From: Eledone cirrhosa
Taxonomy: Eukaryota
Direction: 5' to 3'
DNA length: 64,000 nt
NCBI GenBank assembly: GCA_964016885.1
Contig: OZ024741.1
Coordinates: 289,912,001 to 289,976,000 of the forward strand
Numbering within the stretch: position 1 is the stretch's first letter; each line of letters opens with the position of its first letter. Of this stretch, positions 48,001 to 59,626 are shown one piece after another. The position numbers and the translations under genes are program-made. The notes under the pieces were generated by a model, which saw nothing but the letters and a program-made list of their open reading frames with translations, was not told where the DNA came from and made no database searches.

Positions 48001-51000
48001 AGTGTAGTGTGTCTGGTATTGTCTGTGTAGTGTAGTGTGTCTGGTGTTGTCTGTGTAGTGTAGTGTGTCTGGTATTGTCTGTGTAGTGTAACGTATCTGG
48101 TGTTGTCTGTGTAGTGTAGTATGTCTGGTGTTGTCTGTGTAGTGTGTCTGGTATTGTCTGTGTAGTGTAGTGTGTCTGGTATTGTCTGTGTAGTGTAGTG
48201 TGTCTGGTATTGTCTGTGTAGTGTAGTGTGTCTGGTGTTGTCTGCGCAGTGTAGTATGGTGTTGTCTGTGTAGTGTAGTGTGTTGGTGTTGTCTGTGTAG
48301 TGTAGTGTATCTGGTGTTGTCTGTGTAGTGTAACGTATCTGGTGTTGTCTGTGTAGTGTAGTATATCTGGTGTTGTCTGTGTAGTGTAGTGTGTCTGGTG
48401 TTGTCTGTGTAGTGTAGTGTGTCTGGTATTGTCTGTGTAGTGTAGTGTGTCTGGTGTTGTCTGTGTAGTGTAGTGTGTCTGGTGTTGTCTGTGTAGTGTA
48501 GATTGTCTGGTGTTGTCTGTGTAGTGTAGATTGGCTGGTGTTGTCTGTGTAGTGTACTGTGTCTGGTGTTGTCTGTGTAGTGTAGTGTGTCTGGTGTTGT
48601 CTTTGGAGTGTAGTATGGTGTTTTCTGCGTAGTGTACTGTGTCTGGTGTTGTCTGTGTAGTGTAGTGTGTCTGGTATTGTCTGTGGAGTGTAGTATGGTG
48701 TTGTCTGTGTAGTGTAGTGAGTCTGGTGTTGTCTGTGTAGTGTAGTGTGTCTTGTGTTGTCTATGGAGTGTAGTATGGTGTTGTCTGTGTAGTGTAGTGT
48801 GTCTGGTGTTGTCTGTGTAGTGTAGTGTGTCTGGTATTGTCTGTGTAGTGTAGTGTCTATTGTGGTCTGTATAATGTAGTGTGTGTCTGGTGTTGTCTGT
48901 GTAGTGTAGTGTGTCTGGTGTTGTCTGTGTAGTGTAGTGTGTCTGGTGTTGTCTGTGTAGTGTAGATTGTCTGGTGTTGTCTGTGTAGTGTACTGTGTCT
49001 GGTGTTGTCTGTGTAGTGTAGTGTGTCTGGTGTTGTCTGTGTAGTGTAGTGTGTCTGGTGTTGTCTGTGTAGTGTAGTGTGTCTGGCGTTGTCTGTGTAG
49101 TGTAGATTGTCTGGTGTTGTCTGTGTAGTGTACTGTGTCTGGTATTGTCTGTGTAGTGTAGTGTGTCTGGTGTTGTCTGTGGAGTGTAGTATGGTGTTGT
49201 CTGTGTAGTGTAGTGTGTCTGGTGTTGTCTGTGTAGTGTAGTGTATCTGGTGTTGTCTGTGTAGTGTAGTGTGTCTGGTGTTGTCTGTGTAGTGTAGTGT
49301 GTCTGGTATTGTCTGTGTATTGTAGTGTGTCTGGTGTTGTCTGTGTAGTGTAGTGTGTCTGGTATTGTCTGTGTAGTGTAGTGTTTCTGGTGTTGTCTGT
49401 GTAGTGTAGTGTGTCTGGTATTGTCTGTGTAGTGTAACGTATCTGGTGTTGTCTGTGTTGTGTGTCTGGTGTTGTCTGTATAGTGTAGTGTGGTGTTGTC
49501 TGTGTAGTGTAGTGTGTCTGGTGTTGTCTGTGTAGTGTAGTGTGTCTGGTATTGTCTGTGTAGTGTAGTGTGTCTGGTGTTGTCTGTGTAGTGTAGTGTG
49601 TCTGGTATTGTCTGTGTAGTGTAGTGTGTCTGGTGTTGTCTGTGTAGTGTAGTGTGTCTGGTATTGTCTGTGTAGTGTAACGTATCTGGTGTTGTCTGTG
49701 TAGTGTAGTATGTCTGGTGTTGTCTGTGTAGTGTGTCTGGTATTGTCTGTGTAGTGTAGTGTGTCTGGTATTGTCTGTGTAGTGTAGTGTGTCTGGTATT
49801 GTCTGTGTAGTGTAGTGTGTCTGGTGTTGTCTGCGCAGTGTAGTATGGTGTTGTCTGTGTAGTGTAGTGTGTTGGTTTTGTCTGTGTAGTGTAGTGTATC
49901 TGGTGTTGTCTGTGTAGTGTAACGTATCTGGTGTTGTCTGTGTAGTGTAGTATATCTGGTGTTGTCTGTGTAGTGTAGTGTGTCTGGTGTTGTCTGTGTA
50001 GTGTAGTGTGTCTGGTATTGTCTGTGTAGTGTAGTGTGTCTGGTGTTGTCTGTGTAGTGTAGTGTGTCTGGTGTTGTCTGTGTAGTGTAGATTGTCTGGT
50101 GTTGTCTGTGTAGTGTAGATTGGCTGGTGTTGTCTGTGTAGTGTACTGTGTCTGGTGTTGTCTGTGTAGTGTAGTGTGTCTGGTGTTGTCTGTGGAGTGT
50201 AGTATGGTGTTTTCTGCGTAGTGTACTGTGTCTGGTGTTGTCTGTGTAGTGTAGTGTGTCTGGTATTGTCTGTGGAGTGTAGTATGGTGTTGTCTGTGTA
50301 GTGTAGTGAGTCTGGTGTTGTCTGTGTAGTGTAGTGTGTCTTGTGTTGTCTATGGAGTGTAGTATGGTGTTGTCTGTGTAGTGTAGTGTGTCTGGTGTTG
50401 TCTGTGTAGTGTAGTGTGTCTGGTATTGTCTGTGTAGTGTAGTGTCTATTGTGGTCTGTATAATGTAGTGTGTGTCTGGTGTTGTCTGTGTAGTGTAGTG
50501 TGTCTGGTGTTGTCTGTGTAGTGTAGTGTGTCTGGTGTTGTCTGTGTAGTGTAGATTGTCTGGTGTTGTCTGTGTAGTGTACTGTGTCTGGTGTTGTCTG
50601 TGTAGTGTAGTGTGTCTGGTGTTGTCTGTGTAGTGTAGTGTGTCTGGTGTTGTCTGTGTAGTGTAGTGTGTCTGGCGTTGTCTGTGTAGTGTAGATTGTC
50701 TGGTGTTGTCTGTGTAGTGTACTGTGTCTGGTATTGTCTGTGTAGTGTAGTGTGTCTGGTGTTGTCTGTGGAGTGTAGTATGGTGTTGTCTGTGTAGTGT
50801 AGTGTGTCTGGTGTTGTCTGTGTAGTGTAGTGTATCTGGTGTTGTCTGTGTAGTGTAGTGTGTCTGGTGTTGTCTGTGTAGTGTAGTGTGTCTGGTATTG
50901 TCTGTGTATTGTAGTGTGTCTGGTGTTGTCTGTGTAGTGTAGTGTGTCTGGTGTTGTCTGTGTAGTGTAGTGTGTCTGGTATTGTCTGTGTAGTGTAGTG

Positions 51001-54000
51001 TGTCTGGTATTGTCTGTGTAGTGTAGTGTGTCTGGTGTTGTCTGTGTAGTGTACTGTGTCTGGTGTTGTCTGTGTAGTGTAGTGTGTCTGGTATTGTCTG
51101 TGTAGTGTAGTGTGTCTGGTGTTGTCTGTGTAGTGTAGTGTGTCTGGTGTTGTCTGTGTAGTGTAGTGTGTCTGGTGTTGTCTGTGTAGTCTAGTGTGTC
51201 TGGTGTATTCTGTGTAGTGTAGTGAGTCTGGTGTTGTCTGTGTAGTGTGTCTGGTGATGTCTGTGTAATGTAGTGTGTCTGGTGTTGTCTGTGTAGTGTA
51301 GTGTGTCTGGTATTGTCTGTGTAGTGTTGTGTGTCTGGTGTTGTCTGTGTAGTGTAGTGTGTCTGGTGATGTCTGTGTAATGTAGTGTGTCTGGTGTTGT
51401 CTGTGTAGTGTAGTGTGTCTGGTATTGTCTGTGTAGTGTTGTGTGTCTTGTGTTGTCTGTGTAGTGTAGTGTGTCTGGTATTGTCTGTGTAGTGTAGTGT
51501 GTCTGGTGTTGTCTGTGTAGTGTAGTGTGTCTGGTATTGTCTGTGTAGTGTAGTGTGTCTGGTGTTGTCTGTGTAGTGTAGTGTGTCCGGTATTGTCTGT
51601 GTAGTGTAGTGTGTCTGGTGTTGTCTGTGTAGTGTAGTGTGTCCGGTATTGTCTGTGTAGTGTAACGTATCTGGTGTTGTCTGTGTAGTGTAGTATGTCT
51701 GGTGTTGTCTGTGTAGTGTGTCTGGTATTGTTTGTGTAGTGTAGTGTGTCTGGTGTTGTCTGTGTAGTGTAGTGTGTCTGGTATTGTCTGTGTAGTGTAA
51801 CGTATCTGGTGTTGTCTGTGTAGTGTAGTATGTCTGGTGTTGTCTGTGTAGTGTGTCTGGTATTGTCTGTGTAGTGTAGTGTGTCTGGTGTTGTCTGTGT
51901 AGTGTAGTGTGTCTGGTATTGTCTGTGTAGTGTAGTGTGTCTGGTGTTGTCTGTGTAGTGTACTGTGTCTGGTGTTGTCTGTGTAGTGTAGTGTGTCTGG
52001 TGTTGTCTGTGTAGTGTAGTGTGTCTGGTATTGTCTGTGTAGTGTAACGTATCTGGTGTTGTCTGTGTAGTGTAGTATGTCTGGTGTTGTCTGTGTAGTG
52101 TGTCTGGTATTGTCTGTGTAGTGTAGTGTGTCTGGTATTGTCTGTGTAGTGTAGTGTGTCTGGTGTTGTCTGTGTAGTGTACTGTGTCTGGTGTTGTCTG
52201 TGTAGTGTAGTGTGTCTGGTGTTGTCTGTGTAGTGTAGTGTGTCTGGTATTGTCTGTGTAGTGTAACGTATCTGGTGTTGTCTGTGTAGTGTAGTATGTC
52301 TGGTGTTGTCTGTGTAGTGTGTCTGGTATTGTCTGTTTAGTGTAGTGTGTCTGGTGTTGTCTGTGTAGTGTAGTGTGTCTGGTATTGTCTGTGTAGTGTA
52401 ACGTATCTGGTGTTGTCTGTGTAGTGTGTCTGGTGTTGTCTGTATAGTGTAGTGTGGTGTTGTCTGTGTAGTGTAGTGTGTCTGGTGTTGTCTGTGTAGT
52501 GTAGTGTGTCTGGTATTGTCTGTGTAGTGTAGTGTGTCTGGTGTTGTCTGTGTAGTGTAGTGTGTCTGGTATTGTCTGTGTAGTGTAGTGTGTCTGGTGT
52601 TGTCTGTGTAGTGTAGTGTGTCTGGTATTGTCTGTGTAGTGTAACGTATCTGGTGTTGTCTGTGTAGTGTAGTATGTCTGGTGTTGTCTGTGTAGTGTGT
52701 CTGGTATTGTCTGTGTAGTGTAGTGTGTCTGGTATTGTCTGTGTAGTGTAGTGTGTCTGGTATTGTCTGTGTAGTGTAGTGTGTCTGGTGTTGTCTGCGC
52801 AGTGTAGTATGGTGTTGTCTGTGTAGTCTAGTGTGTCTGGTGTATTCTGTGTAGTGTAGTGAGTCAGGTGTTGTCTGTGTAGTAAAGTGTGTCTGGTGTT
52901 GTCTGTGTAGTGTAGTGTGTCTGGTATTGTCTGTGTAGTGTAGTGTGTCTGGTGTTGTCTGTGTAGTGTAGTGTGTCTGGTGTTGTCTGTGTAGTGTAGA
53001 TTGTCTGGTGTTGTCTGTGTAGTGTAGATTGGCTGGTGTTGTCTGTGTAGTGTACTGTGTCTGGTGTTGTCTGTGTAGTGTAGTGTGTCTGGTGTTGTCT
53101 GTGGAGTGTAGTATGGTGTTTTCTGCGTAGTGTACTGTGTCTGGTGTTGTCTGTGTAGTGTAGTGTGTCTGGTATTGTCTGTGGAGTGTAGTATGGTGTT
53201 GTCTGTGTAGTGTAGTGAGTCTGGTGTTGTCTGTGTAGTGTAGTGTGTCTTGTGTTGTCTATGGAGTGTAGTATGGTGTTGTCTGTGTAGTGTAGTGTGT
53301 CTGGTGTTGTCTGTGTAGTGTAGTGTGTCTGGTATTGTCTGTGTAGTGTAGTGTCTATTGTGGTCTGTATAATGTAGTGTGTGTCTGGTGTTGTCTGTGT
53401 AGTGTAGTGTGTCTGGTGTTGTCTGTGTAGTGTAGTGTGTCTGGTGTTGTCTGTGTAGTGTAGATTGTCTGGTGTTGTCTGTGTAGTGTACTGTGTCTGG
53501 TGTTGTCTGTGTAGTGTAGTGTGTCTGGTGTTGTCTGTGTAGTGTAGTGTGTCTGGTGTTGTCTGTGTAGTGTAGTGTGTCTGGCGTTGTCTGTGTAGTG
53601 TAGATTGTCTGGTGTTGTCTGTGTAGTGTACTGTGTCTGGTATTGTCTGTGTAGTGTAGTGTGTCTGGTGTTGTCTGTGGAGTGTAGTATGGTGTTGTCT
53701 GTGTAGTGTAGTGTGTCTGGTGTTGTCTGTGTAGTGTAGTGTGTCTGGTGTTGTCTGTGTAGTGTAGTGTGTCTGGTATTGTCTGTGTATTGTAGTGTGT
53801 CTGGTGTTGTCTGTGTAGTGTAGTGTGTCTGGTGTTGTCTGTGTAGTATAGTGTGTCTGGTATTGTCTGTGTAGTGTAGTGTGTCTGGTATTGTCTGTGT
53901 AGTGTAGTGTGTCTGGTGTTGTCTGTGTAGTGTACTGTGTCTGGTGTTGTCTGTGTAGTGTAGTGTGTCTGGTATTGTCTGTGTAGTGTAGTGTGTCTGG

Positions 54001-57000
54001 TGTTGTCTGTGTAGTGTAGTGTGTCTGGTGTTGTCTGTGTCGTGTAGTGTGTCTGGTGTTGTCTGTGTAGTCTAGTGTGTCTGGTGTATTCTGTGTAGTG
54101 TAGTGAGTCTGGTGTTGTCTGTGTAGTGTGTCTGGTGATGTCTGTGTAATGTAGTGTGTCTGGTGTTGTCTGTGTAGTGTAGTGTGTCTGGTATTGTCTG
54201 TGTAGTGTTGTGTGTCTGGTGTTGTCTGTGTAGTGTAGTGTGTCTGGTGATGTCTGTGTAATGTAGTGTGTCTGGTGTTGTCTGTGTAGTGTAGTGTGTC
54301 TGGTATTGTCTGTGTAGTGTTGTGTGTCTGGTGTTGTCTGTGTAGTGTAGTGTGTCTGGTATTGTCTGTGTAGTGTAGTGTGTCTGGTGTTGTCTGTGTA
54401 GTGTAGTGTGTACGGTATTGTCTGTGTAGTGTAACGTATCTGGTGTTGTCTGTGTAGTGTAGTATGTCTGGTGTTGTCTGTGTAGTGTGTCTGGTATTGT
54501 CTGTGTAGTGTAGTGTGTCTGGTGTTGTCTGTGTAGTGTAGTGTGTCTGGTATTGTCTGTGTAGTGTAACGTATCTGGTGTTGTCTGTGTAGTGTAGTAT
54601 GTCTGGTGTTGTCTGTGTAGTGTGTCTGGTATTGTCTGTGTAGTGTAGTGTGTCTGGTGTTGTCTGTGTAGTGTAGTGTGTCTGGTATTGTCTGTGTAGT
54701 GTAACGTATCTGGTGTTGTCTGTGTAGTGTAGTATGTCTGGTGTTGTCTGTGTAGTGTGTCTGGTATTGTCTGTGTAGTGTAGTGTGTCTGGTGTTGTCT
54801 GTGTAGTGTAGTGTGTCTGGTATTGTCTGTGTAGTGTAACGTATCTGGTGTTGTCTGTGTAGTGTGTCTGGTGTTGTCTGTATAGTGTAGTGTGGTGTTG
54901 TCTGTGTAGTGTAGTGTGTCTGGTGTTGTCTGTGTAGTGTAGTGTGTCTGGTATTGTCTGTGTAGTGTAGTGTGTCTGGTGTTGTCTGTGTAGTGTAGTG
55001 TGTCTGGTATTGTCTGTGTAGGGTAGTGTGTCTGGTGTTGTCTGTGTAGTGTCGTGTGTCTGGTATTGTCTGTGTAGTGTAACGTATCTGGTGTTGTCTG
55101 TGTAGTGTAGTATGTCTGGTGTTGTCTGTGTAGTGTGTCTGGTATTGTCTGTGTAGTGTAGTGTGTCTGGTATTGTCTGTGTAGTGTAGTGTGTCTGGTA
55201 TTGTCTGTGTAGTGTAGTGTGTCTGGTGTTGTCTGCGCAGTGTAGTATGGTGTTGTCTGTGTAGTCTAGTGTGTCTGGTGTATTCTGTGTAGTGTAGTGA
55301 GTCAGGTGTTGTCTGTGTAGTAAAGTGTGTCTGGTGTTGTCTGTGTAGTGTAGTGTGTCTGGTATTGTCTGTGTAGTGTAGTGTGTCTGGTGTTGTCTGT
55401 GTAGTGTAGTGTGTCTGGTGTTGTCTGTGTAGTGTAGATTGTCTGGTGTTGTCTGTGTAGTGTAGATTGTCTGGTGTTGTCTGTGTAGTGTACTGTGTCT
55501 GGTGTTGTCTGTGTAGTGTAGTGTGTCTGGTGTTGTCTGTGGAGTGTAGTATGGTGTTTTCTGTGTAGTGTACTGTGTCTGGTGTTGTCTGTGTAGTGTA
55601 GTGTGTCTGGTATTGTCTGTGGAGTGTAGTATGGTGTTGTCTGTGTAGTGTAGTGAGTCTGGTGTTGTCTGTGTAGTGTAGTGTGTCATGTGTTGTCTAT
55701 GGAGTGTAGTATGGTGTTGTCTGTGTAGTGTAGTGTGTCTGGTGTTGTCTGTGTAGTGTAGTGTGTCTGGTATTGTCTGTGTAGTGTAGTGTCTATTGTG
55801 GTCTGTATAATGTAGTGTGTGTCTGGTGTTGTCTGTGTAGTGTAGTGTGTCTGGTGTTGTCTGTGTAGTGTAGTGTGTCTGGTGTTGTCTGTGTAGTCTA
55901 GATTGTCTGGTGTTGTCTGTGTAGTGTACTGTGTCTGGTGTTGTCTGTGTAGTGTAGTGTGTCTGGTGTTCTCTGTGGAGTGTAGTATGGTGTTGTCTGT
56001 GTAGTGTACTGTGTTTGTTGTTGTCTGTGTAGTGTAGTGTGTCTTGTGTTGTCTGTGGAGTGTAGTATGGTGTTGTCTGTGTAGTGTAGTGTGTCTGGTG
56101 TTGTCTGTGTAGTGTAGTGTGTCTGGTGTTGTCTGTGTAGTGTAGTGTGTCTGGCGTTGTCTGTGTAGTGTAGATTGTCTGGTGTTGTCTGTGTAGTGTA
56201 CTGTGTCTGGTATTGTCTGTGTAGTGTAGTGTGTCTGGTGTTGTCTGTGGAGTGTAGTATGGTGTTGTCTGTGTAGTGTAGCGTGTCTGGTGTTGTCTGT
56301 GTAGTGTAGTGTATCTGGTGTTGTCTGTGTAGTGTAGTGTGTCTGGTGTTGTCTGTGTAGTGTAGTGTGTCTGGTATTGTCTGTGTATTGTAGTGTGTCT
56401 GGTGTTGTCTGTGTAGTGTAGTGTGTCTGGTGTTGTCTGTGTAGTGTAGTGTGTCTGGTATTGTCTGTGTAGTGTAGTGTGTCTGGTATTGTCTGTGTAG
56501 TGTAGTGTGTCTGGTGTTGTCTGTGTAGTGTACTGTGTCTGGTGTTGTCTGTGTAGTGTACTGTGTCTGGTGTTGTCTGTGTAGTGTAGTGTGTCTGGTA
56601 TTATCTGTGTAGTGTAGTGTGTCTGGTGTTGTCTGTGTAGTGTAGTGTGTCTGGTGTTGTCTGTGTAGTGTAGTGTGTCTGGTGTTGTCTGTGTAGTCTA
56701 GTGTGTCTGGTGTATTCTGTGTAGTGTAGTGAGTCTGGTGTTGTCTGTGTAGTGTGTCTGGTGATGTCTGTGTAATGTAGTGTGTCTGGTGTTGTCTGTG
56801 TAGTGTAGTGTGTCTGGTATTGTCTGTGTAGTGTTGTGTGTCTGGTGTTGTCTGTGTAGTGTAGTGTGTCTGGTGATGTCTGTGTAATGTAGTGTGTCTG
56901 GTGTTGTCTGTGTAGTGTAGTGTGTCTGGTATTGTCTGTGTAGTGTTGTGTGTCTGGTGTTGTCTGTGTAATGTAGTGTGTCTGGTGTTGTCTGTGTAGT

Positions 57001-57243
57001 GTAGTGAGTCTGGTGTTGTCTGTGTAGTGTAGTGTGTCTGGTATTGTCTGTGTAGTGTAGTGTGTCTGGTATTGTCTGTGTAGTGTAGTGTGTCTGGTGT
57101 TGTCTGTGGAGTGTAGAGTGTGTGGTGTTGGCTGTGTTGTGTAGTGTGTCTGGTGTTGTCTGTGTAGTGTAGTGTGTCTGGTGTTGGCTGTGTTGTGTAG
57201 TGTGTCTGGTGTTGTCTGTGTAGTGTTGTGTGGTGTTGTCTGT
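1..57243. repeat. Tandem satellite array, 28-bp monomer GTCTGTGTAGTGTAGTGTGTCTGGTGTT (roughly 2000 copies; runs off the left edge)
   Basis: Monomer read directly throughout, in one orientation, with no foreign insertion seen. Composition 11G/13T/2A/2C. Frequent 23-bp and occasional 33-bp variants. The minus-strand translation has a 28-aa period (3 monomers = 84 nt), which confirms the unit length. Confidence 0.98.
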
Positions 57244-57545
57244 ATGTGATTATGTGGATCATATAATGTGTGATTTTGTGGTAGAATGTTTGTTTATATA
57301 TTGTTCTGTGTTTTCTGTGTCTACACGATACAATGCGAGGCTGTGTGTTTGTACATAGGTGTGTCTGTGAGATGTAATATGTGGTGGTGTCTTGTAGAGT
57401 GTGTTGATGTCGTGTGTAATATGTGTTAGTGTAAGATAAGGTGTGTTTATGTGTTAATGTTCTGTGTGAGTGTTTGTTTCTTTGTTGAGGTTTGTTGATG
57501 GTTTTAGCTTTACATCTTTATGTTTACTTTTTTTTTGTTAGTGTT
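57244..57545. repeat. Degenerate G/T-rich low-complexity margin of the satellite
   Basis: Same G+T strand skew and satellite-like words (GTGTCTGTG, TGGTGTCTTGTAGAGTGTG, TTCTGTGT) without a regular 28-bp period. Confidence 0.65.
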
Positions 57546-57554
57546 TGATCAAAC

Positions 57555-58110
57555 CATCATCATCACCATCATCATCAATATCATCATCATCGTCATAATC
57601 ACTAGCATCCGCACACCCTACCACCACCATCATCATCAGCATCCTCATCACCAGGATGACTAGCAGCCGCCCATCCCACCATCACCAACGTCACCATCAT
57701 CACCATCAACATCGTCATCACTAGCACCACCACCACCACCACAACAATAATCGTTATCATTATCATCATCATCATCATCACCGTCACTGTCACCGTCACC
57801 GTCACTGACATCATCATCATCATCATAGTCGTTGCTGTCGTCGTCATCTCCCTCCTCCTGATCCTCTTCTTCATACTTCTCTCCTCATCTGCTCATCATC
57901 ATCATCCCCATCATCATTTTAATCATCATCATCATCGTCGTCGACATCAACATCAATATCATCATCATCATCATCGTCATCATCATTATCATCATCACCA
58001 CCAACATCATCATCATTATCCTCATCATCAGCACCATCCTCATCAGCACCATCCTCATCATCATAATCCCCTTCCACCTCATCATCATCAACATCATCAT
58101 CATCATCATC
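57555..58110 (+). repeat. Degenerate (CAT/CAC/CGT)n trinucleotide low-complexity tract
   Basis: Runs of CATCATCAT interspersed with CAC, CAA and CGT. Gives poly-Met/Val ORFs on the minus strand. Confidence 0.9.
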
Positions 58111-58543
58111 ATTAACTTCAACACAACTTCCCCACCAATCTCTTCCCTCCCCACCACTTCTCAGTTTAATTCCACTAGAAATGAATTGCCGATTGTTTAC
58201 AAGAAAAATGTTTAAATCGTTAATATTTTCGCGGATTTAAAGAAGGATGTTTGGAAAGACAACACAAACTAGAAACAAATTGCAAAGTAAATAGTAAAAA
58301 AAAAAAAACACGCTATCAAAATATAACAGAAGAATGCTATGTGTTTGTGTTTGTGTGTATATATATATAAATATATAGACAGATAGATGCTTATACACAC
58401 TCATTAGCACATACACTCACATATATAATCACACATATATATCTATCTATATATATATTATAGAAGTGGTTACACAACAGTTAGTTCACCATACCGAGAA
58501 CAATTGTTTCACCTTAGCGGATCCTCAGCTCGTAAAATAATTG

Positions 58544-58640
58544 TTTCTACTTTAGGCACAAGGCCATCAATTAATCAGTGCATTACTGGTACTTTATTTT
58601 ATCGACCCCGTAAGGATGAAAGGCAAAGTTAACCTCGGCG
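58544..58640 (-). mobile_element. SINE fragment (central and 3' part; head missing, internally deleted), resembling an abundant octopus tRNA-derived SINE
   Basis: Minus strand reads CGCCGAGGTTAACTTTGCCTTTCATCCTTACGGGGTCGATAAAATAAAGTACCAGT...GGCCTTGTGCCTAAAGTAGAAA. From memory this matches the GCCTTTCATCCT..GGTCGATAAA..AGTACCAG central SINE domain and the octopus SINE tail. Not database-verified. Confidence 0.7.
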
Positions 58641-58798
58641 AAACCTTATTATTACTCATCTTAACAGAATTATATCTAGATAATAATATTAACCTTCTTG
58701 TCGATAATCTTAGTAATACTAACACACCTGATAAACTATCTACATAAAAATAATATATATATATATCTGTCTATATATATATTATATATAGACAGATA

Positions 58799-59362
58799 TG
58801 TTTCTTTATTAGCCACAGGGGCACAAAAGAAGGGGACAAATACAAAGGGGCAAGTTTACATACAATAAAAACGTGTAAAATATTATCACAAATGCAATTT
58901 AAAAATTAATCGATTTTCCCCAATAGGGGGAGATATTACATATGGGTAACACATACCCCCGAAAAAAAAATGTGCAACCCTCATCTCCAGGAGTACGAAG
59001 AGTTTGTACTCTTTTCCTCTCCTCCTCTTTTTCCTCAACCTACAGGCTGATATAGAGAGAAGGCCCATTCACTCGGGCCATTCTCGCCACTTTCACCCAC
59101 CTTTCATAAAACTTGCTGGGGTACAGCACCTCTCTCTCCATCCTGATTCTTCTTCCAAAGTGGTATTTGAAAAAAAGAATCAGTTGTTGGCCGGAGAGAA
59201 AGGTGTCTGACCTCAGCCCTTTCAACCTTGTCCACCATACAACCTCTTTCGCCATAGCTATCACACAAAGGAAAACCGCCTCTCCTTCGTTTTTGAAGGA
59301 GGGTGGCAGTTTCATCATGACAATGGACTCGGTGGTCAACTGGATTGGTCCCACACGCGACA
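58799..59362 (-). mobile_element. 5'-truncated non-LTR retrotransposon (L1/Tx1-like), copy 1: last ~106 codons of ORF2 plus ~240-nt 3' UTR
   Basis: ORF 59040-59363(-) aligns without gaps to the copy-3 ORF2 C-terminus (81/106 identical by manual count). AATAAA at 58805-58810(-). Confidence 0.85.
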
Positions 59363-59541
59363 ATAGTTATATATAGACAGATAATTAGATAGACAGACAT
59401 TCAAATAGGTAGATCTGTCTGTCTATCTCCCTGTCAGACTGTCAATATATTTATGTATATATATACTAATCTAACTATATTCGGACATAGAACAACAATA
59501 ACTGCACCAAAGCACACATCCCTATAGCTGTCCAAAGACAG

Positions 59542-59546
<5 letters not shown>

Positions 59547-59606
<60 letters not shown>

Positions 59607-59626
59607 GATAGATAGATAGATAGATA
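59547..59626. repeat. Compound microsatellite (TA)n(GA)n(GATA)n
   Basis: Read directly. The GATA part abuts the 3' end of LINE copy 2. Confidence 0.95.

Noticed and set aside
1-57243. CRISPR array (28-bp repeat length)
   Set aside because: Repeats are head-to-tail with no unique spacers, there are no cas genes, and the context is eukaryotic.
1-57243. Telomeric or telomerase-made G/T-rich repeat
   Set aside because: No TTAGGG-like unit. The G/T strand runs 5'->3' toward the internal flank, opposite to what a left-end telomere needs. Kilobase-scale variant duplications indicate recombination, not templated addition.
1-57243. Canonical G-quadruplex array
   Set aside because: Only one GG per 28-bp monomer and essentially no GGG runs.
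43745-57262. Long minus-strand ORFs (995, 941 and 454 aa; also 26885-27139, 39671-40168, 46372-46734) as real genes
   Set aside because: Direct translations of a stop-free satellite strand. Starts and stops are sporadic point variants, indels do not preserve frame, and there is no unique domain or signal peptide.
57602-58157. Poly-Met/Val ORFs
   Set aside because: Translations of the (CAT)n tract.
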